From Deltaproteobacteria bacterium (GTDB lineage: Bacteria; Myxococcota_A; Polyangia; Fen-1088), in contig JANRKS010000032.1 of the NCBI GenBank assembly GCA_033763315.1, forward strand, positions 1 to 64,000: a stretch of DNA of 64,000 nt. The letters are read 5' to 3'. Positions 45,882 to 56,546 of the stretch are shown here, in pieces. Under the pieces are notes generated by a model. The model did not search any database. It saw only the letters and a program-made list of their open reading frames with translations, and was not told the origin of the DNA. The position numbers and the translations under genes were made by a program. How positions within the stretch are numbered: the stretch's first letter is position 1; each line of letters begins with the position of its first letter.

Positions 45882-47453
45882 ATGTCGACGGACGGAAACT
45901 CCCCAGGCGGCAGACCTTCGGGGCCGATGTTCGCGGAAAGCCTGGGGCCCGGTGTTGTGCTGGGCGAGACCTATGAAATCACGCGGTTGATTGGCCGCGG
46001 TGGCATGGGCGCGGTTTGGGAAGCGAAACATCTGCGCCTGCCCGGCCGCTTCGTTGCGATCAAGGTGTTGTTGGGTGGGGGAGGCTCTGCGGAAATCCTG
46101 TCCCGCTTTCGCCGCGAGGTGGAGATTGCCTCGCGGCTTGGCCACCCGAACATCGTTGAAGCGATCGACTTTAACACCCTGCCTGACGGCACGCCTTACC
46201 AAGTGCTCGAACGTTTGCTTGGCGAAAGCCTGGGCGAGCGTTTGCGCCGCGGGCCGATCGCGCTGGCTGAAACGATGGCGCTGGTTCGCCAAATTGCCTC
46301 AGGCCTCGCGGCGGCCCACCGCGAAGGCATCGTGCACCGCGATCTGAAGCCCGAAAACATCTTTTTATGTCCGCCGCCCGACGACAGTCCGATTCCGCGC
46401 GTAAAGATCTTGGATTTCGGCATCTCGAAGATGCGCGGGGCACAGACGTTCAAGACGCAGGAATCGGTGGTGATGGGCACCCCGCAATACATGTCGCCCG
46501 AACAAGCCTCGGGCAACAACCAAGCCGTTGATGAGCGCACCGATGTGTTTGCGCTGGGGGCGATCGTTTACGAAATGTTGTCGGGCCACATGGCGTTTGC
46601 GGGCGACAACGTGCTCACCGTGATGGTGCAAGTGATGCAAGGCCAACCCACGCCACTGCAGCAGGTGATGCCGTCGTTGCCTGCGTCGGTTGTGGCTGCC
46701 GTAGAGGCGGCGCTTCAGAAAGATTTGGCGAAACGCTGCCCCAACGTCGCGGCGTTTGTGCAAGCGCTCACGGGGCGGCCGCTCGACGCGCGCACGGGGC
46801 CCGTGCCTGCGGCGCCGGGCTTTGCGGTGGGCGACGCCCTGGCGGCCACGCTGCCGCCCGAAGCGGCTGCGGGCCTCTCCGCCGTCGCGCACACGCAAGC
46901 GCCTCGCGCGCCTGCCGCACCGACCGCGAAAGTAAAACGCACGGGACCCGGCGTGTTGTTGGCCCTCGTGGGGGCCTGCGCGCTCACGGCAGGCGCATTC
47001 TTCTTCTTGAAGGGCTCTGTACACGCGCCCCCAGCACCCGTGGACCCAACCACTGTGGCCGCGCCGCCACCTGCGGCCACGCCGCCCGCGCCAGCCCCCG
47101 TCGCGCCCTTAGCGCCGGCTCCGGCCGTTGTCGCGCCCGCGTTCTCGAAGCCGCCACCTGCGGCCACCGGTTCGTCGTCGCGCCCCGGCCGTGAGGTTGT
47201 GCCCCCCGAAGTCGCCGCTGAGCTTGCTGAAGCCGAAGCGTTACTGGCCGCAGGCCAAACCAAAGAAGCCGCGCGCAAAGCCAAGCACAGTCTGTTTGGC
47301 GCCAAAACGTCGCGCGCCTACAAGGTGCTCACGCGCGCCGCGTGCGCCGAGGGCGATTTAACGAACGCCCGCGCGGCGTTTTTGAACGTGGCGCGGGCCG
47401 AACGAAAATCCGTGGTAGCCGCTTGTTTAAAAAGCGGCCTGGATCTTCAGTGA
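45882..47453 (+). CDS. Membrane Ser/Thr protein kinase
   Basis: GRGGMG, VAIK, HRDLKPEN, DFG, GTPQYMSPE; TM segment and Pro-rich linker. Confidence 0.95.
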   Translation: MSTDGNSPGGRPSGPMFAESLGPGVVLGETYEITRLIGRGGMGAVWEAKHLRLPGRFVAIKVLLGGGGSAEILSRFRREVEIASRLGHPNIVEAIDFNTLPDGTPYQVLERLLGESLGERLRRGPIALAETMALVRQIASGLAAAHREGIVHRDLKPENIFLCPPPDDSPIPRVKILDFGISKMRGAQTFKTQESVVMGTPQYMSPEQASGNNQAVDERTDVFALGAIVYEMLSGHMAFAGDNVLTVMVQVMQGQPTPLQQVMPSLPASVVAAVEAALQKDLAKRCPNVAAFVQALTGRPLDARTGPVPAAPGFAVGDALAATLPPEAAAGLSAVAHTQAPRAPAAPTAKVKRTGPGVLLALVGACALTAGAFFFLKGSVHAPPAPVDPTTVAAPPPAATPPAPAPVAPLAPAPAVVAPAFSKPPPAATGSSSRPGREVVPPEVAAELAEAEALLAAGQTKEAARKAKHSLFGAKTSRAYKVLTRAACAEGDLTNARAAFLNVARAERKSVVAACLKSGLDLQ

Positions 47454-47460
47454 CCTCAGC

Positions 47461-49266
47461 TCAAAGCGCGTAGCCGCCCGATTCGATGGTGTGCATCGCG
47501 ATCTTGCGGCGCAAAGAGAAGGTGTTCACCCTCGTCAACTCATAATACGAGTTGATGTCGCGGATCTCCTTTTTCCACTCTTGCTCTTCCGACATCCACA
47601 TCAGCATCTCGCGTACGCGATCGAACACCTGCTCGTGCGCTTGCGCTGTGTAAAGTTGGGTCATCGCAATCGGAATGGCGGATTTGGCTTCGCCTTGGCT
47701 TTCCACCAGCTGCAACGTGCGGCAGATGGCAGAATCCATGGCGTAAATGTCAATCATGCAATCAGCCAAGACACCCAAGAGCTCTTGTTTGTCCGAGATT
47801 TTTTGCATGTATTTTTGCACACCCAGCGAAGCGGCAAAGGCCACCGCGCGTTTGGCGTAATCGCACTTCTTTCGCTCCAAGCCCAACGGCCCGGCGGGGA
47901 TGCTGCGATCGATGGTGGAAGGATCAGCCAATTCCTTTTGCACCTTGCCCACCAGGCCCATTAAGCCCAGGCGCCCTTGCATGGTGCGCTTGAGGATCGT
48001 GCCTGGCACCAGCAATCGGTTGATCTCGTTTGTGCCCTCAAAGATCCTATTGATGCGTGCGTCGCGGCTCACGCGTTCAATCGGGTAATCGGTGATGTAG
48101 CCCGCGCCGCCAAAGATCTGCAGCGTCTCATCGGCTGTGTTGTGCAGCATCTCCGATCCGAAGACCTTGATGATTGACGCCTCGATCGAATGCTCTTCAA
48201 CGGCGTCGATCTCTTTGCTTTGCGCTTTCGGATCGTCTGCGGCGATGCTGGCGCAACGGGCGTCGATCAGGCCCACGGTGCGAAACGACATCGCTTCGGC
48301 CACGTAGATGTTCATCGCGATGGTGCCGATCTTTTTGCGAATGAGATCGAACTCGGCGATGGATTTGCCGAACTGTTTGCGCTCAACCGCGTACTTTACG
48401 CCTGCGTCCAAACAGAATTTGGCGCCGCCCAAAGAGCCCACGCCCAGCTTGAAGCGGCCCAAGTTTAAGATGTTAAAAGCTATCTTGTGGCCTTTGCCGA
48501 TCTCGCCCAGCACGTTCTCTGCGGGCACTTTGCAGTCTTCCAAAATCAACGGGCAGGTTGAACTGCCGCGGATGCCCAGCTTGTGTTCCTCGGGCCCGAT
48601 GGTGAGCCCAGGCGTCGTGCGGTCGATGATGAAACCCGTGAACTTGTCGCCATCGATCTGCGCAAACACCACGAACACATCGGCGAAGCCCGCGTTGGTG
48701 ATGTATTGCTTGGTGCCGTTAAGAACATAGTGTGTGCCATCGCTTGAGAGAATGGCTTTGGTTTTCGCGGCCAAGGCGTCTGACCCGCTGCCGGGTTCTG
48801 TCAGCGCGTAAGCGGCCAACCATTCGCCGGTGGCGATCTTCGGCAGATACTTTTCACGCTGCGCTTGGTTGCCAAACAGCACAATCGGCATGGCCCCAAT
48901 GCCCACGTGCGCGCCGAAGGTCACGGCCCACGACCCCAATCGGCTCATCGCCTCAAAGATCAGGCTGGAGCTGGTTTTGTCGCCGCCCAGGCCTCCGAAG
49001 GCTTCAGGCACGTCGTGGCCCAGCAACCCCACCTCGCCGGCCTTTTTCAAGATCGCCGGCATCAAGCCCGGTTTCTTGTCTTCGATGGCAGCAATGTTCG
49101 GTTCAACCTCGCGGTCGAAAAAGTCCCTCGCTGTGTCACGCATCATCCGTTGCTCTTCGGTGAGCATTTCCGGCGTGAAGATGCGTGCTGACCCGGTAGG
49201 CTCCAGCAAGAAGCCGCCGCCGGGAGTGAGGGTGAGGGATCCAAAGGGATTGTTCGCGTCGCCCAT
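47461..49266 (-). CDS. Acyl-CoA dehydrogenase (long-chain FadE-like)
   Basis: ALTEPGSGSDA, KLGIRGSST, RKQFG and RDARINRIFEGTNEI. Confidence 0.95.
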   Translation of the reverse strand: MGDANNPFGSLTLTPGGGFLLEPTGSARIFTPEMLTEEQRMMRDTARDFFDREVEPNIAAIEDKKPGLMPAILKKAGEVGLLGHDVPEAFGGLGGDKTSSSLIFEAMSRLGSWAVTFGAHVGIGAMPIVLFGNQAQREKYLPKIATGEWLAAYALTEPGSGSDALAAKTKAILSSDGTHYVLNGTKQYITNAGFADVFVVFAQIDGDKFTGFIIDRTTPGLTIGPEEHKLGIRGSSTCPLILEDCKVPAENVLGEIGKGHKIAFNILNLGRFKLGVGSLGGAKFCLDAGVKYAVERKQFGKSIAEFDLIRKKIGTIAMNIYVAEAMSFRTVGLIDARCASIAADDPKAQSKEIDAVEEHSIEASIIKVFGSEMLHNTADETLQIFGGAGYITDYPIERVSRDARINRIFEGTNEINRLLVPGTILKRTMQGRLGLMGLVGKVQKELADPSTIDRSIPAGPLGLERKKCDYAKRAVAFAASLGVQKYMQKISDKQELLGVLADCMIDIYAMDSAICRTLQLVESQGEAKSAIPIAMTQLYTAQAHEQVFDRVREMLMWMSEEQEWKKEIRDINSYYELTRVNTFSLRRKIAMHTIESGGYAL

Positions 49267-49413
49267 ACGATAATTCTACCCCGGTTTCTTTCCGCGCGCG
49301 TGCCCGGACTTAGGTTATCGTGAAAGCATCAACGTTGAACGTGAACCGTCGATGGTAAAGATTGTGCTGATGCCTACACCTGATTACCGCGCTCGAAGGT
49401 TGGCCACGCGCAG

Positions 49414-50676
49414 ATGAGCGTCCCCACTCGACCACCGCGCAGAGGCGACCGGCCGCGGTTGGCCATCGTGTTGTCTGGCGGTGGCGCACGTGGCGCCTAC
49501 GAAGCCGGCGTCCTCAAGTATCTACGCGAAGATCTTGCCGGCGATCTGGGCGGGCAAGTTCACTTCGACATCATTTGCGGGACATCGGTGGGTGCCATTC
49601 ACGCTTGTTTTCTGGCCGCCAACGCCGATGTGCCCAGCCAACAAGGCAAGATGCTGTGCGATCGGTGGGAAGGGCTTTTTCTGGAAGAAGTCGTCTCGTT
49701 CGGCATCAAAGACTTTTTAAGGGCGCCTGCAACTTTATTGGGCAGCGGCAACATCAGCGAGCTCGAACCCGGTGAGCGCCGTTTGGGCGGCATCGTGCAA
49801 ACGCGGAATCTGGAACGGCTGGTGCGCCGAATGATGCCGTGGACCCGCATTCGCAAAAACAAAGAGAACGGGCACTTCGATTCGCTTGCCGTTTCCGCAA
49901 CAGACATTGGCTCTGGAAAGACGGTGGTGTTCGTGGAGAGCGCAACGCCTGTGCCGCCGTGGAGTGTGCATCCGTTCGTGCGCGCGCAATCAGTGCGCAT
50001 GGGCCCGCAGCACTGCATGGCCTCGGCCGCGTTGCCGTTGCTGTTCCCTGCGGTGCAGGTGGATCAACGGTTCTATTGCGATGGTGGCCTCCGCCAGAAC
50101 ACGCCCTTGTCACCGGCCTTGCGTTTGGGCGCCGACAAGGTTTTGGTTGTGAGCCTCAAATACGACAAAGCGGCACAAAGCGACGTTCCTGAAGAAGCCC
50201 AGCCGTTTCCAGGCGCAGCGTTCTTGGCAGGCAAGATCTTGAACGCCTTTTTGCTGGATCACATCGATTACGATTTGCAACGAATGGAACGCTTGTCGGC
50301 CATCATGCAAGTGGTGAACGAATGCGGTGACGAGGACCTCAAACGCCGCGTCGCCGAAGTGGTGACGAGCAAACGTGGCGCCCCCTACCGCGTGATCAAA
50401 GATATGGTCGTGAGCCCCTCGCTTGATCTCGGTAAAATCGCAGGTGAGATCGCTCGTGCGGGGCGGTTCAAAGGGCTGGGCGGGGGCACCGGCATCCGCT
50501 TGTTGCGACGTCTGGCCACAACCGCGGGCGGCGCCAACGACGCCGACTTGCTCTCGTACATCTTGTTTGACGGCGTCTATGGCGCTGAACTTGTGCGCAT
50601 CGGCTACGAAGACGCGCGGGCCCGGCACGAGGAGTTGTGCAACTTCCTGCAGGACTGCGTGGAGCCCGCCGCTTAG
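49414..50676 (+). CDS. Patatin-like phospholipase
   Basis: SGGGARGAY, GTSVG and DGG motifs. Confidence 0.93.
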   Translation: MSVPTRPPRRGDRPRLAIVLSGGGARGAYEAGVLKYLREDLAGDLGGQVHFDIICGTSVGAIHACFLAANADVPSQQGKMLCDRWEGLFLEEVVSFGIKDFLRAPATLLGSGNISELEPGERRLGGIVQTRNLERLVRRMMPWTRIRKNKENGHFDSLAVSATDIGSGKTVVFVESATPVPPWSVHPFVRAQSVRMGPQHCMASAALPLLFPAVQVDQRFYCDGGLRQNTPLSPALRLGADKVLVVSLKYDKAAQSDVPEEAQPFPGAAFLAGKILNAFLLDHIDYDLQRMERLSAIMQVVNECGDEDLKRRVAEVVTSKRGAPYRVIKDMVVSPSLDLGKIAGEIARAGRFKGLGGGTGIRLLRRLATTAGGANDADLLSYILFDGVYGAELVRIGYEDARARHEELCNFLQDCVEPAA

Positions 50677-50688
50677 CGTGGCCCGCGG

Positions 50689-51306
50689 CTACTTCACCAA
50701 ACGGAGGGTGGGGCGTCCCTTGGGTCCACCGTCACCGCCATCGTCAGGTTTGGATGGTTCAGGTGCGCGGCCGTTGTCGTCCTCGGCCTGCGGCGGTTCG
50801 TCGAGCGGCACCGACTTGAGACGCGCCCGTGGGGCCGGGGCCGGCGGATCCTCGGCGTCGTCGGGCTGCGGTTTGAGCGCCATCAGCGGCAAGGCTGCCG
50901 ATTTGCGTGCCGCCCCTTCGATGTCGCTTTCGCCCTCTTTGCCAGCGTCGTCCGGGTCGTCGATGCCGTGCGCGGCCACCAAAAGCTCAGGCGGAACGTC
51001 TTCCTGGTAAAGCACGCCGCGCCCGTCCGTGCAGGCAATCACATAAATCGCCGTCCACGGGATCAATGTTTTGTGAGGCTGGCGGGCAAAGGAAAGCGTG
51101 GCTTTGACCCCACCCTCAGTAACCTCCAAATCTTCGACAGGAACGGGCATATTCAGCCCATATTGCAGCACTAATCGCGCTTCGTTGCGCAGGTGGTCAG
51201 GCACCGAAACGCCCGCGCGCCGGGCGTCAATGTACACAGTCACCCAGCCATCCTGGAGGAAGGCGGTGAAGGCTTCTTGCTTGCTGGGTCGATCAGTCGG
51301 TGTCAC
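50689..51306 (-). CDS. sspB: ClpXP specificity factor SspB-like protein
   Basis: DARRAGVSVP...LVLQ...ATLSF...IPWTAIY; acidic linker; C-terminal RPTLRLVK ClpX-binding-type tail. Probable GTG start at 51306. Confidence 0.85.
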   Translation of the reverse strand: MTPTDRPSKQEAFTAFLQDGWVTVYIDARRAGVSVPDHLRNEARLVLQYGLNMPVPVEDLEVTEGGVKATLSFARQPHKTLIPWTAIYVIACTDGRGVLYQEDVPPELLVAAHGIDDPDDAGKEGESDIEGAARKSAALPLMALKPQPDDAEDPPAPAPRARLKSVPLDEPPQAEDDNGRAPEPSKPDDGGDGGPKGRPTLRLVK

Positions 51307-51404
51307 TCTTCCAGCCCGTTGTATCCCGGAAACCGGTGTTCTATCAAAATTATCCGTACATTCCCCTACAGAACCGGTCCAGATACGATAACCTTGAGGT
51401 GCCG

Positions 51405-52457
51405 ATGAATCGCCCCCGGTTTTCCGTTCCCGCTGCCACCACCCCGCCTCCCCCGACACCTCCCGCTCGGGCCATGACCGGTTGGCGTGCCCGCTTGGCT
51501 CAGGATCCTATCCCAAGATTGCTCCGAGAGGGCAGTCCTGCGGTCGTGGCGCGCGTGCGCCGCGATCTTATGGAAGATGATGAAGCCCCCACCGTGGCTG
51601 ACATCTGGGCCTACAAAGAAGTGCAGGCCTTCGCCAAGAAAATCGCGAAGACCGGATGCTTGCCGCCCAAGCCGGTGGAAAAAGCGATGGGCGGAGCGAA
51701 GTTTGCTGCGGCCGTCGCCGGCATCAAAACCATCGACAAGTTAGCGGACTATGGCGTGCGCGCCGACGATGGTCCGAAGCAAACGCCCCTGCACAAAGCG
51801 GCTGACTTTTTGTTGTCGTCGCAAGGCGAAGACGGTGGCATCGCTGATCTGACGATGGGCGAGACGCCTGCCGATCCCGGCAAAATGCCAGCGATTCACT
51901 TTCAAGGTTGGGCGGTCTCGGCCTTGTGCCGCGCTGGCTTCGATGACGATCCGCGCGTGGATCAAGCCTTCGCCTTCTTGCTGGCCAACCGGCAAAACGA
52001 TGGCGGTTGGGCGTGGCGTGGTGTGCGCACCGATTCTGCCGCGCGTCCTTCCAGCCACCTCATCACCGGGATGGTTTTGCGTGCGTTCGCTTCTTCAAAG
52101 AAGCGCAAGACATCCCGTGAAGCGCGTCGTGCGGCCGAGCTTTTGGCCACGCGGTTTTTGCAGCCCGATCGTTATCCGGATCGCAAAGAGCCGAAGTACT
52201 GGGAAGACATTCAAGAGCCGCGCGTGTTCGTGGATGTGGCAGACGCTTTGGATTCAGTGACCTCCGTGGGCCTCGGCAAAGAAAACTCCGGCGTGCGCAC
52301 AGCGGAAGCGTATCTGCGCGGCCGCCAAGCCGAAGATGGCTTTTGGTATCCGGGGCCAACCGGCAAGGTTGTGGCCAGCGAACTTTCGGATGAAGAAAAG
52401 GAAGCCGCTGTGGCCCTCACCTTGCGCGTGTTGGTGATGCTCAGGCGCATCAACTAA
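51405..52457 (+). CDS. Prenyltransferase/squalene-cyclase repeat protein
   Basis: QW-like repeats LLSSQGEDGG, LLANRQNDGGW and LRGRQAEDGFW; GAGG RBS before ATG 51405. Confidence 0.75.
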   Translation: MNRPRFSVPAATTPPPPTPPARAMTGWRARLAQDPIPRLLREGSPAVVARVRRDLMEDDEAPTVADIWAYKEVQAFAKKIAKTGCLPPKPVEKAMGGAKFAAAVAGIKTIDKLADYGVRADDGPKQTPLHKAADFLLSSQGEDGGIADLTMGETPADPGKMPAIHFQGWAVSALCRAGFDDDPRVDQAFAFLLANRQNDGGWAWRGVRTDSAARPSSHLITGMVLRAFASSKKRKTSREARRAAELLATRFLQPDRYPDRKEPKYWEDIQEPRVFVDVADALDSVTSVGLGKENSGVRTAEAYLRGRQAEDGFWYPGPTGKVVASELSDEEKEAAVALTLRVLVMLRRIN

Positions 52458-52462
52458 GACAG

Positions 52463-52488
52463 CGGATCGCCGGCGCCAAAGCGATCCG
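52463..52488. terminator. Hairpin between convergent genes
   Basis: CGGATCGC-N10-GCGATCCG perfect 8-bp stem; weak U tract. Confidence 0.4.
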
Positions 52489-52547
52489 TTCAAGGTCCCT
52501 TCCTGGGGCGATCGATCCGTCGGAAACCGAGTTGTGCAGCGAATCGG

Positions 52548-53540
52548 CTACTCCATCGTCAGCAACACGTTGCCGATCTTCTGGCCACTTTGCACATAGT
52601 CGAAAGCATCGGCAATCTGCTCCATCGCGAACCTGCGATCGATTAAGGGCACGAATGCACCCTGCTGCAGCAGCTCGGTCATGAAGGCGAGGCTGCCCTT
52701 CACATCAAACGGCACCGGGAAAATCACTTTCTTCCGGGCGCTAAAGGGCGACAGCACGGGTGCGGCCAACGCCAGCCAAATGTTTTGCGCGTGCGGCCCC
52801 AATTCAGACGACAGATAAACAGCGCCCGGCTTCATAAGTGGCTTGCAGCGACCAAACGTGCTTTTGCCCACGGCATCAAACACAAAGTCGAATGCGTCGT
52901 CCGCCGCTTGCGGTGCAAGCGCTTCAACGAAATCTTGGGTTAGGTAATCGATCACGCGTTCAGCGCCCAAGGCGCGCACGGTCTCCATATGGGGGCCAGC
53001 GCACACGGCGGTGACGCGCAGTCCTTTGTGTTTCAACAGTTGGATGGCGGCCGAGCCAATGGCGCCTGTGCCGCCATTGACCAACACCTTCTGTCCGGCT
53101 TGCAGGGGCACCTTCTTGATAAAATTGAGCGCGTAGTGCGCGCCTTCCGCCGAGGCCACGGCGTGTTCATAGGAAACGCCCTCAGGGATCTTCGCGATGG
53201 GTTTGTTGGCATTTAAGATGAAGTACTGCGCGTGCGAGCCAAGGCCGTTGTCGTCGAGGCCCCAGATCCTGTCGCTCACTTTGAAGTGGCTGACGCTCTT
53301 GCCCACGGCCTCCACATCCCCCGCAAAATCAGTGCCCGTTGCCACGAAGCGGGGCCGAGGAAAGCCCGCAAAAAAGCGATAAACAAAGGGACGCCCCGAT
53401 AGGCCGCTGCAGTCTGTGCGGTTGACGGTTGCGGCGCGAACCCGCACCAGCAACTCGTTATCTTTGGGCGTGGGGATCGGCACGTCCTTTACCGAGAGCA
53501 CATGCGACGGACCGTAGTGCGTGCGATAGACCGTTTTCAT
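52548..53540 (-). CDS. NAD(P)-dependent MDR-family oxidoreductase (quinone reductase-like)
   Basis: GTDFAGDVEAVG, VLVNGGTGAIGSAAIQL, VFDAVG. Start MKTVY at 53540. Confidence 0.92.
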   Translation of the reverse strand: MKTVYRTHYGPSHVLSVKDVPIPTPKDNELLVRVRAATVNRTDCSGLSGRPFVYRFFAGFPRPRFVATGTDFAGDVEAVGKSVSHFKVSDRIWGLDDNGLGSHAQYFILNANKPIAKIPEGVSYEHAVASAEGAHYALNFIKKVPLQAGQKVLVNGGTGAIGSAAIQLLKHKGLRVTAVCAGPHMETVRALGAERVIDYLTQDFVEALAPQAADDAFDFVFDAVGKSTFGRCKPLMKPGAVYLSSELGPHAQNIWLALAAPVLSPFSARKKVIFPVPFDVKGSLAFMTELLQQGAFVPLIDRRFAMEQIADAFDYVQSGQKIGNVLLTME

Positions 53541-53610
53541 GGGACGGATTGTGCCCAATTCTGTGCGGTTCCGATAGGAGCAAGCCGCGCGGCGAACCCC
53601 CGTGGGGTCC

Positions 53611-54588
53611 CTAGCCTCCGCGCATCATGTTGCCCGAACCGATCAGATCCACATTCCAATAGCCCCAGATGCCGCGAATCATGTTCACTGAATCGACGTC
53701 TTCTTCGAAGAACCAGGTTCCCCACTTGCTATCGCTGGCGCGTTTGAGCGTGTAGGTCGCTTGCTTGGTCACGTGATCCCGGGCGCCGCCTTGTATGCAC
53801 GTCCACTTGTTGCCTGCAATGCTTGTGACGATGCCAACGTGGGCGCTTCCAACGTTGTTTTTGAAGTCTTTGCCTTGGATGTGAAAAATGTCGCCGGGCT
53901 TAAGCACAGGCGGTGAAGCATCCAACTTCGTGGATACGTAGCATTTGAGATGCGCGATCTCTGCTGCCAACCCCTCGTCACAGCTGCACGAAGAGGGCGT
54001 TTTGGGGCCGATGACGTTGATGCCCGCGGCATGAAGAATCGAACGCACAAACAGCATGCACGTGGTGCCTGGTGGGCGTGGGTTTGCGCCCTGCATACCG
54101 ATGCCAAACGTGTAACGGCCGCCCAAACAAAACAGGTTCCCCTGCCAAGCCTTTGATGGCCCGCCGCCAAGGTGGTCGCTGGCAAGAGAAACGATCGTTG
54201 ATCGAAGGGTTTGCCCTCGCCGGGCGTATTCCGGGTAAAGGCATACGCTGGTCGAGTTTTTGTGCCGCGACGGCCACTTGCCAGGCAACTTTGTGCGTTC
54301 CAACGAACGCAGATAGAGCTCGCGGACCAGATCGTAGTCATACATGCTGACGCCGCTGTAAGGACGCTGAGGCATGTACCCTTGGTACACAAAATCCAAG
54401 ATCAGGTCGTTTAGCTTCTCACCTAAAGGGACATTGTCCCAAAACGTGTCGAATGCCGCACGCTGGTTGAGGGTCGAGGCGAAACACGCATCAAAGGCCG
54501 CTTTCGGCTCTTGCGCCAAAAGCCAAGTGTATGCCTGGCTATGTGATCCTCCGGCCACCCATTTCGTAAACTGATCCCACGTCGCCAT
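53611..54588 (-). CDS. Protein with a C-terminal CHAP/NlpC-P60-like cysteine amidase domain
   Basis: TCMLFVRSIL..AG, LKPGDIF and AHVGIV..., then CIQGG: the Cys-His papain-like arrangement. No signal peptide. Confidence 0.65.
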   Translation of the reverse strand: MATWDQFTKWVAGGSHSQAYTWLLAQEPKAAFDACFASTLNQRAAFDTFWDNVPLGEKLNDLILDFVYQGYMPQRPYSGVSMYDYDLVRELYLRSLERTKLPGKWPSRHKNSTSVCLYPEYARRGQTLRSTIVSLASDHLGGGPSKAWQGNLFCLGGRYTFGIGMQGANPRPPGTTCMLFVRSILHAAGINVIGPKTPSSCSCDEGLAAEIAHLKCYVSTKLDASPPVLKPGDIFHIQGKDFKNNVGSAHVGIVTSIAGNKWTCIQGGARDHVTKQATYTLKRASDSKWGTWFFEEDVDSVNMIRGIWGYWNVDLIGSGNMMRGG

Positions 54589-54612
54589 GCCACGGGCCTC
54601 CCTTGGTGAGCT

Positions 54613-56544
54613 TCACTCGATGAGGTAGACGATTTGCAGATTCGTCTCGGGGCGCAGCAAACGCAGCGTGCGGGTCGAGGACGTGGGCATCCCGTCAAGG
54701 TAGATGCGAAATTGGCTCAAGGTGGCGGCGGCCCTGTAATCCGCGGCCACAGCGGATGTCACGGTGAACCGAACCTTCGTGCCCACCGTCCACAAGGTTG
54801 AAGCCGCAACGATCTCGCCGATGGGGACGTAGGTTGTCTTGAAAACTTCGGATGTCAGCGGCGGAGTGAAGCGTGTATCGGCAATGCGGAAGTTGCCGGC
54901 GCCCGTGGCGCTGCCGGCCGTCGCCTCCACCTCGGACACAAACAGCGCTTGCTCAAGGACGTAACCTGCGGGCAAAGCAGGAAGAGCAAAGCTCACGAAC
55001 CCGTCATTGCGTGTGGATCCTGATTGCAGCGCCGCTTGCAAGAAGGTGTATTCGGCCGACGAGCCGGCAATCAGGTTGCCGGCGAGCAGGCGGTCTTGAG
55101 CGTCACGTTGAGCGAAGTTGATGCGCGGTACAGTGATGCGCCGGTACAGCAAAGGATATGTGGCCGACACGGGTGCGGCCAAAGCTTCGCCGTTTGCGTC
55201 CTTAGCGCCCGTGCCAATCGTGAACGCATAGCTGCCTTTTGGCACCGCGGTGGAAGACCCCGTGGGGTACTTAAACTGTGGGTCGATCGTCAGCACGGTT
55301 TTATCGGGCGTCCACTTGAATATTGGAGTGGCGGCACCAATCGTGGTGACTTTGAAGGCGGCTTCCACCGATTGGGTGTTCATTTCTTCGCTGAACGTAA
55401 CGACGATGCTGTCCTTCTCACGCACCTTGGTTGCGGTTGTTGGGGTGACCACGGCGGTGGGCGCCACACCTGGCTTGCCGGGGACCTTCGGCGTGCACGT
55501 GCCGTTGTTGCACGCGTTCTCACACGTGGTGACGTTTTGCCACGCACCCACGCTGCTGCACACTTCCACGGCGGCGCCATTGCAGCGCTTCGCATCGGGT
55601 GTGCATTCACCCACGCAGCCTGTGGGACTGCACACAAACTCGCATGTGTCTTGCGCAACCCAGGACGCATCGACGGAACAATTCTGGAGCACCTTGCCCA
55701 AACAGCGAGGGGCGCTGCCTGGTTGGCATTCCCCGGCGCACGCTGCGGGCGCGGAAGCTGTGGCCGCGCGGCAGGTGTAGTCGCAGGCCATGGGGTTTGA
55801 CCAAGCGCCATTGGCACAAGTTTCAAGCTGGTTGCCATTGCAGCGTGTGGTGCCCGCTGTACATGCGGGCAAGCAACCGCCTTCGGCACAGCCGGCGGGA
55901 CAAGCCACGGGGGCGCCCCACATGCCTGTGGCCGCACAGGTGCGCGCCCCATCTCCCACGCACTGCAAGGCGCCCGGGGTGCACTCACCCACGCAGTTGC
56001 CGCCTTGGCAGAGGCCCGTGCATTCTTCGCTGTCAACCAAGGCACCGCCAGCGTTGCACAAAAGCACGATGTTGCCGTTGCAGGATTTTGCACCAGGTGT
56101 GCAAGCGGGTGCGGCGCCGCCGTCGCCCGAAGTTGGCAGGCTTGCGCCGTCATCAATGCCGCCATCGACGGAGGGCGAAAGGGCGATCACCGTTAGCGTG
56201 CCGCAGCCCGCAGGGGCCACAACAGAACCACTGCCCACCGCCACGGGTTGCCCAGCCGCGAAAGCCACGACGGTGACATTGACGGCGCTGCCAACTGGAT
56301 AGCCCGAAGGGAATTCCACCGCCACCGTTGGCCGCGTGGCATTGCCTGCCAACGTCAGCTCACTCTGTGTGGGCTGCGCTCCCGCCACCGAAACACTGAT
56401 CGAAAGCCGATCGGGCCTTGGGACGGCCTGTGCCACGTCCACTGTCAAAAGGATTGTCCCGTCTTTGCAGGCTGTCTCTTCGGAACAAGAGGCGAGCCCA
56501 ACGGCCACAGCCACCACCGCGATCAAACGTGCGCAAACATTCAT
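54613..56544 (-). CDS. Lipoprotein with Cys-rich repeats and an Ig-like (Big_5-type) domain
   Basis: Lipobox LASC; about five repeats like CTPGAxxCxGxxxxxC...W...C...C..G.C; IVVTFSEEM Ig-like motif. Start 56544. Confidence 0.8.
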   Translation of the reverse strand: MNVCARLIAVVAVAVGLASCSEETACKDGTILLTVDVAQAVPRPDRLSISVSVAGAQPTQSELTLAGNATRPTVAVEFPSGYPVGSAVNVTVVAFAAGQPVAVGSGSVVAPAGCGTLTVIALSPSVDGGIDDGASLPTSGDGGAAPACTPGAKSCNGNIVLLCNAGGALVDSEECTGLCQGGNCVGECTPGALQCVGDGARTCAATGMWGAPVACPAGCAEGGCLPACTAGTTRCNGNQLETCANGAWSNPMACDYTCRAATASAPAACAGECQPGSAPRCLGKVLQNCSVDASWVAQDTCEFVCSPTGCVGECTPDAKRCNGAAVEVCSSVGAWQNVTTCENACNNGTCTPKVPGKPGVAPTAVVTPTTATKVREKDSIVVTFSEEMNTQSVEAAFKVTTIGAATPIFKWTPDKTVLTIDPQFKYPTGSSTAVPKGSYAFTIGTGAKDANGEALAAPVSATYPLLYRRITVPRINFAQRDAQDRLLAGNLIAGSSAEYTFLQAALQSGSTRNDGFVSFALPALPAGYVLEQALFVSEVEATAGSATGAGNFRIADTRFTPPLTSEVFKTTYVPIGEIVAASTLWTVGTKVRFTVTSAVAADYRAAATLSQFRIYLDGMPTSSTRTLRLLRPETNLQIVYLIE

Positions 56545-56546
56545 GA

